Source: Alphaproteobacteria bacterium
Lineage (GTDB): Bacteria; Pseudomonadota; Alphaproteobacteria; Sphingomonadales; Sphingomonadaceae
Direction: 5' to 3'
NCBI GenBank assembly: GCA_019232625.1
Contig: JAFANP010000035.1
Coordinates: 13,512-77,511, forward strand
DNA length: 64,000 nt
Of this stretch, positions 63,435 to 64,000 are shown piece after piece. The position numbers and the translations under genes were made by a program. Positions within the stretch are counted from its first letter, which is position 1; each line of letters begins with the position of its first letter. The notes under the pieces were generated by a model. It saw only the letters and a program-made list of their open reading frames with translations, was not told the DNA's origin and searched no databases.

Positions 63435-64000
63435 TCAGTGGTTGGCCTGCCGGTCGCGAAGCCTCTCCTCGAGCCCGCGCGGCCGATCGAGATACCATGC
63501 TTCCTCCCGCCCGGCCGGGTCCAGGAAGCGAACCGAGACGCTGGCGTCGACGCCGGCGGCGCGGAGCGGCATGGCGAAGCTCCTCGCCACCGTCCTCATC
63601 GCCGCGTCCCGCGCGAGCCGCATCGGAGCCGCCGCCCGCGCCTGGCGCATCAGCTCGGCCTGGGCCGAGCGGCTGTTCGCCTCGTCCAGGCTACGCCCCG
63701 CGTCGGAAATCGCCATGGCGAGGCCCCCGTCCGAAAATTCCTGCACGGCGCCGAAATCGACACTCGGGACGCTTATTTCAAGCGCCGGCAGAGTGACGCT
63801 CAAGGTCCGCGTCGGCGGGTCCCAGGCGAGGTCGGCGCGCTTCAGGCGGGTGAGGTCCACCCCGTAGCGCACCGTGGCCGGCATGATCAGGGTCTTGCGG
63901 GCCCTGAGCCCGAGATGCGTCTCGCTCGCCGACACCACGGCGGCGTAGCGCGCCTGGAAGATCACGATCCTGCCCTGGTCGCGGGCCGAAAGCAGGGTCG
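63435..64000 (-). CDS. DUF4230-like hypothetical protein, partial (N-terminus beyond the window end)
   Basis: ...[35 protein letters not shown]... resembles DUF4230. The frame stays open from 63965 to the window edge. Confidence 0.5.
   Translation of the reverse strand, partial: TLLSARDQGRIVIFQARYAAVVSASETHLGLRARKTLIMPATVRYGVDLTRLKRADLAWDPPTRTLSVTLPALEISVPSVDFGAVQEFSDGGLAMAISDAGRSLDEANSRSAQAELMRQARAAAPMRLARDAAMRTVARSFAMPLRAAGVDASVSVRFLDPAGREEAWYLDRPRGLEERLRDRQANH

Noticed and set aside
59198-63796. 1532-aa + strand ORF, and the 950-aa minus ORF 59310-62162, overlapping the TonB-dependent receptor and nadA
   Set aside because: The translations are Arg/Pro/Gly-rich. They are off-frame or antisense to genes with clear family motifs, so they are GC-driven open frames.
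1-64000. Search by eye for CRISPR arrays, rRNA genes, IS transposases and further tRNAs
   Set aside because: No regularly spaced short repeats, no rRNA-like segments, no DDE or HUH transposase ORFs, and no second cloverleaf were recognised. Absence is by eye only. tRNAscan-SE, Infernal and ISEScan runs would be decisive.

Overview
High-GC chromosomal window with alphaproteobacterial, sphingomonad-like gene content. The taxon is inferred from gene content only. Three parts. (1) 1-6300: two tandem TetR regulators, a tripartite NodT/HlyD/MFS efflux operon, a small beta-barrel OMP and a small membrane ORF. (2) 6409-34700: a ~28.3-kb genomic island inserted at the 3' end of tRNA-Gln(UUG). It is bounded by a perfect 21-bp direct repeat, with a tyrosine integrase next to the tRNA. 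Its composition is patchy: hand counts of single 60-nt lines give about 50% GC in the murE patch and about 65% in core lines (not a computed profile). Cargo: a translationally coupled five-gene DISARM-like operon (unknown 898-aa protein, DrmA helicase, DrmB DUF1998, DrmC PLD nuclease, N6-adenine methyltransferase); a divergent fused MNT-HEPN gene; an orphan MurE ligase; an HTH-STAND-TPR NTPase; three PD-(D/E)xK-like genes, one frameshifted; and a block of genes with no recognisable function. (3) 34900-64000: ordinary core genes, namely ilvE, a split ATP-dependent ligase / LigD polymerase pair, msrA, a ZIP transporter, Sua5-type TsaC, acyl-CoA dehydrogenase, an M16 peptidase, a HisKA_3 kinase with a LuxR-type response regulator, a TonB-dependent receptor and nadA, plus several lipoproteins and tandem paralog families. 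No rRNA, CRISPR array or transposase was seen. Family names come from motif recognition by eye and from memory. No database search was run.
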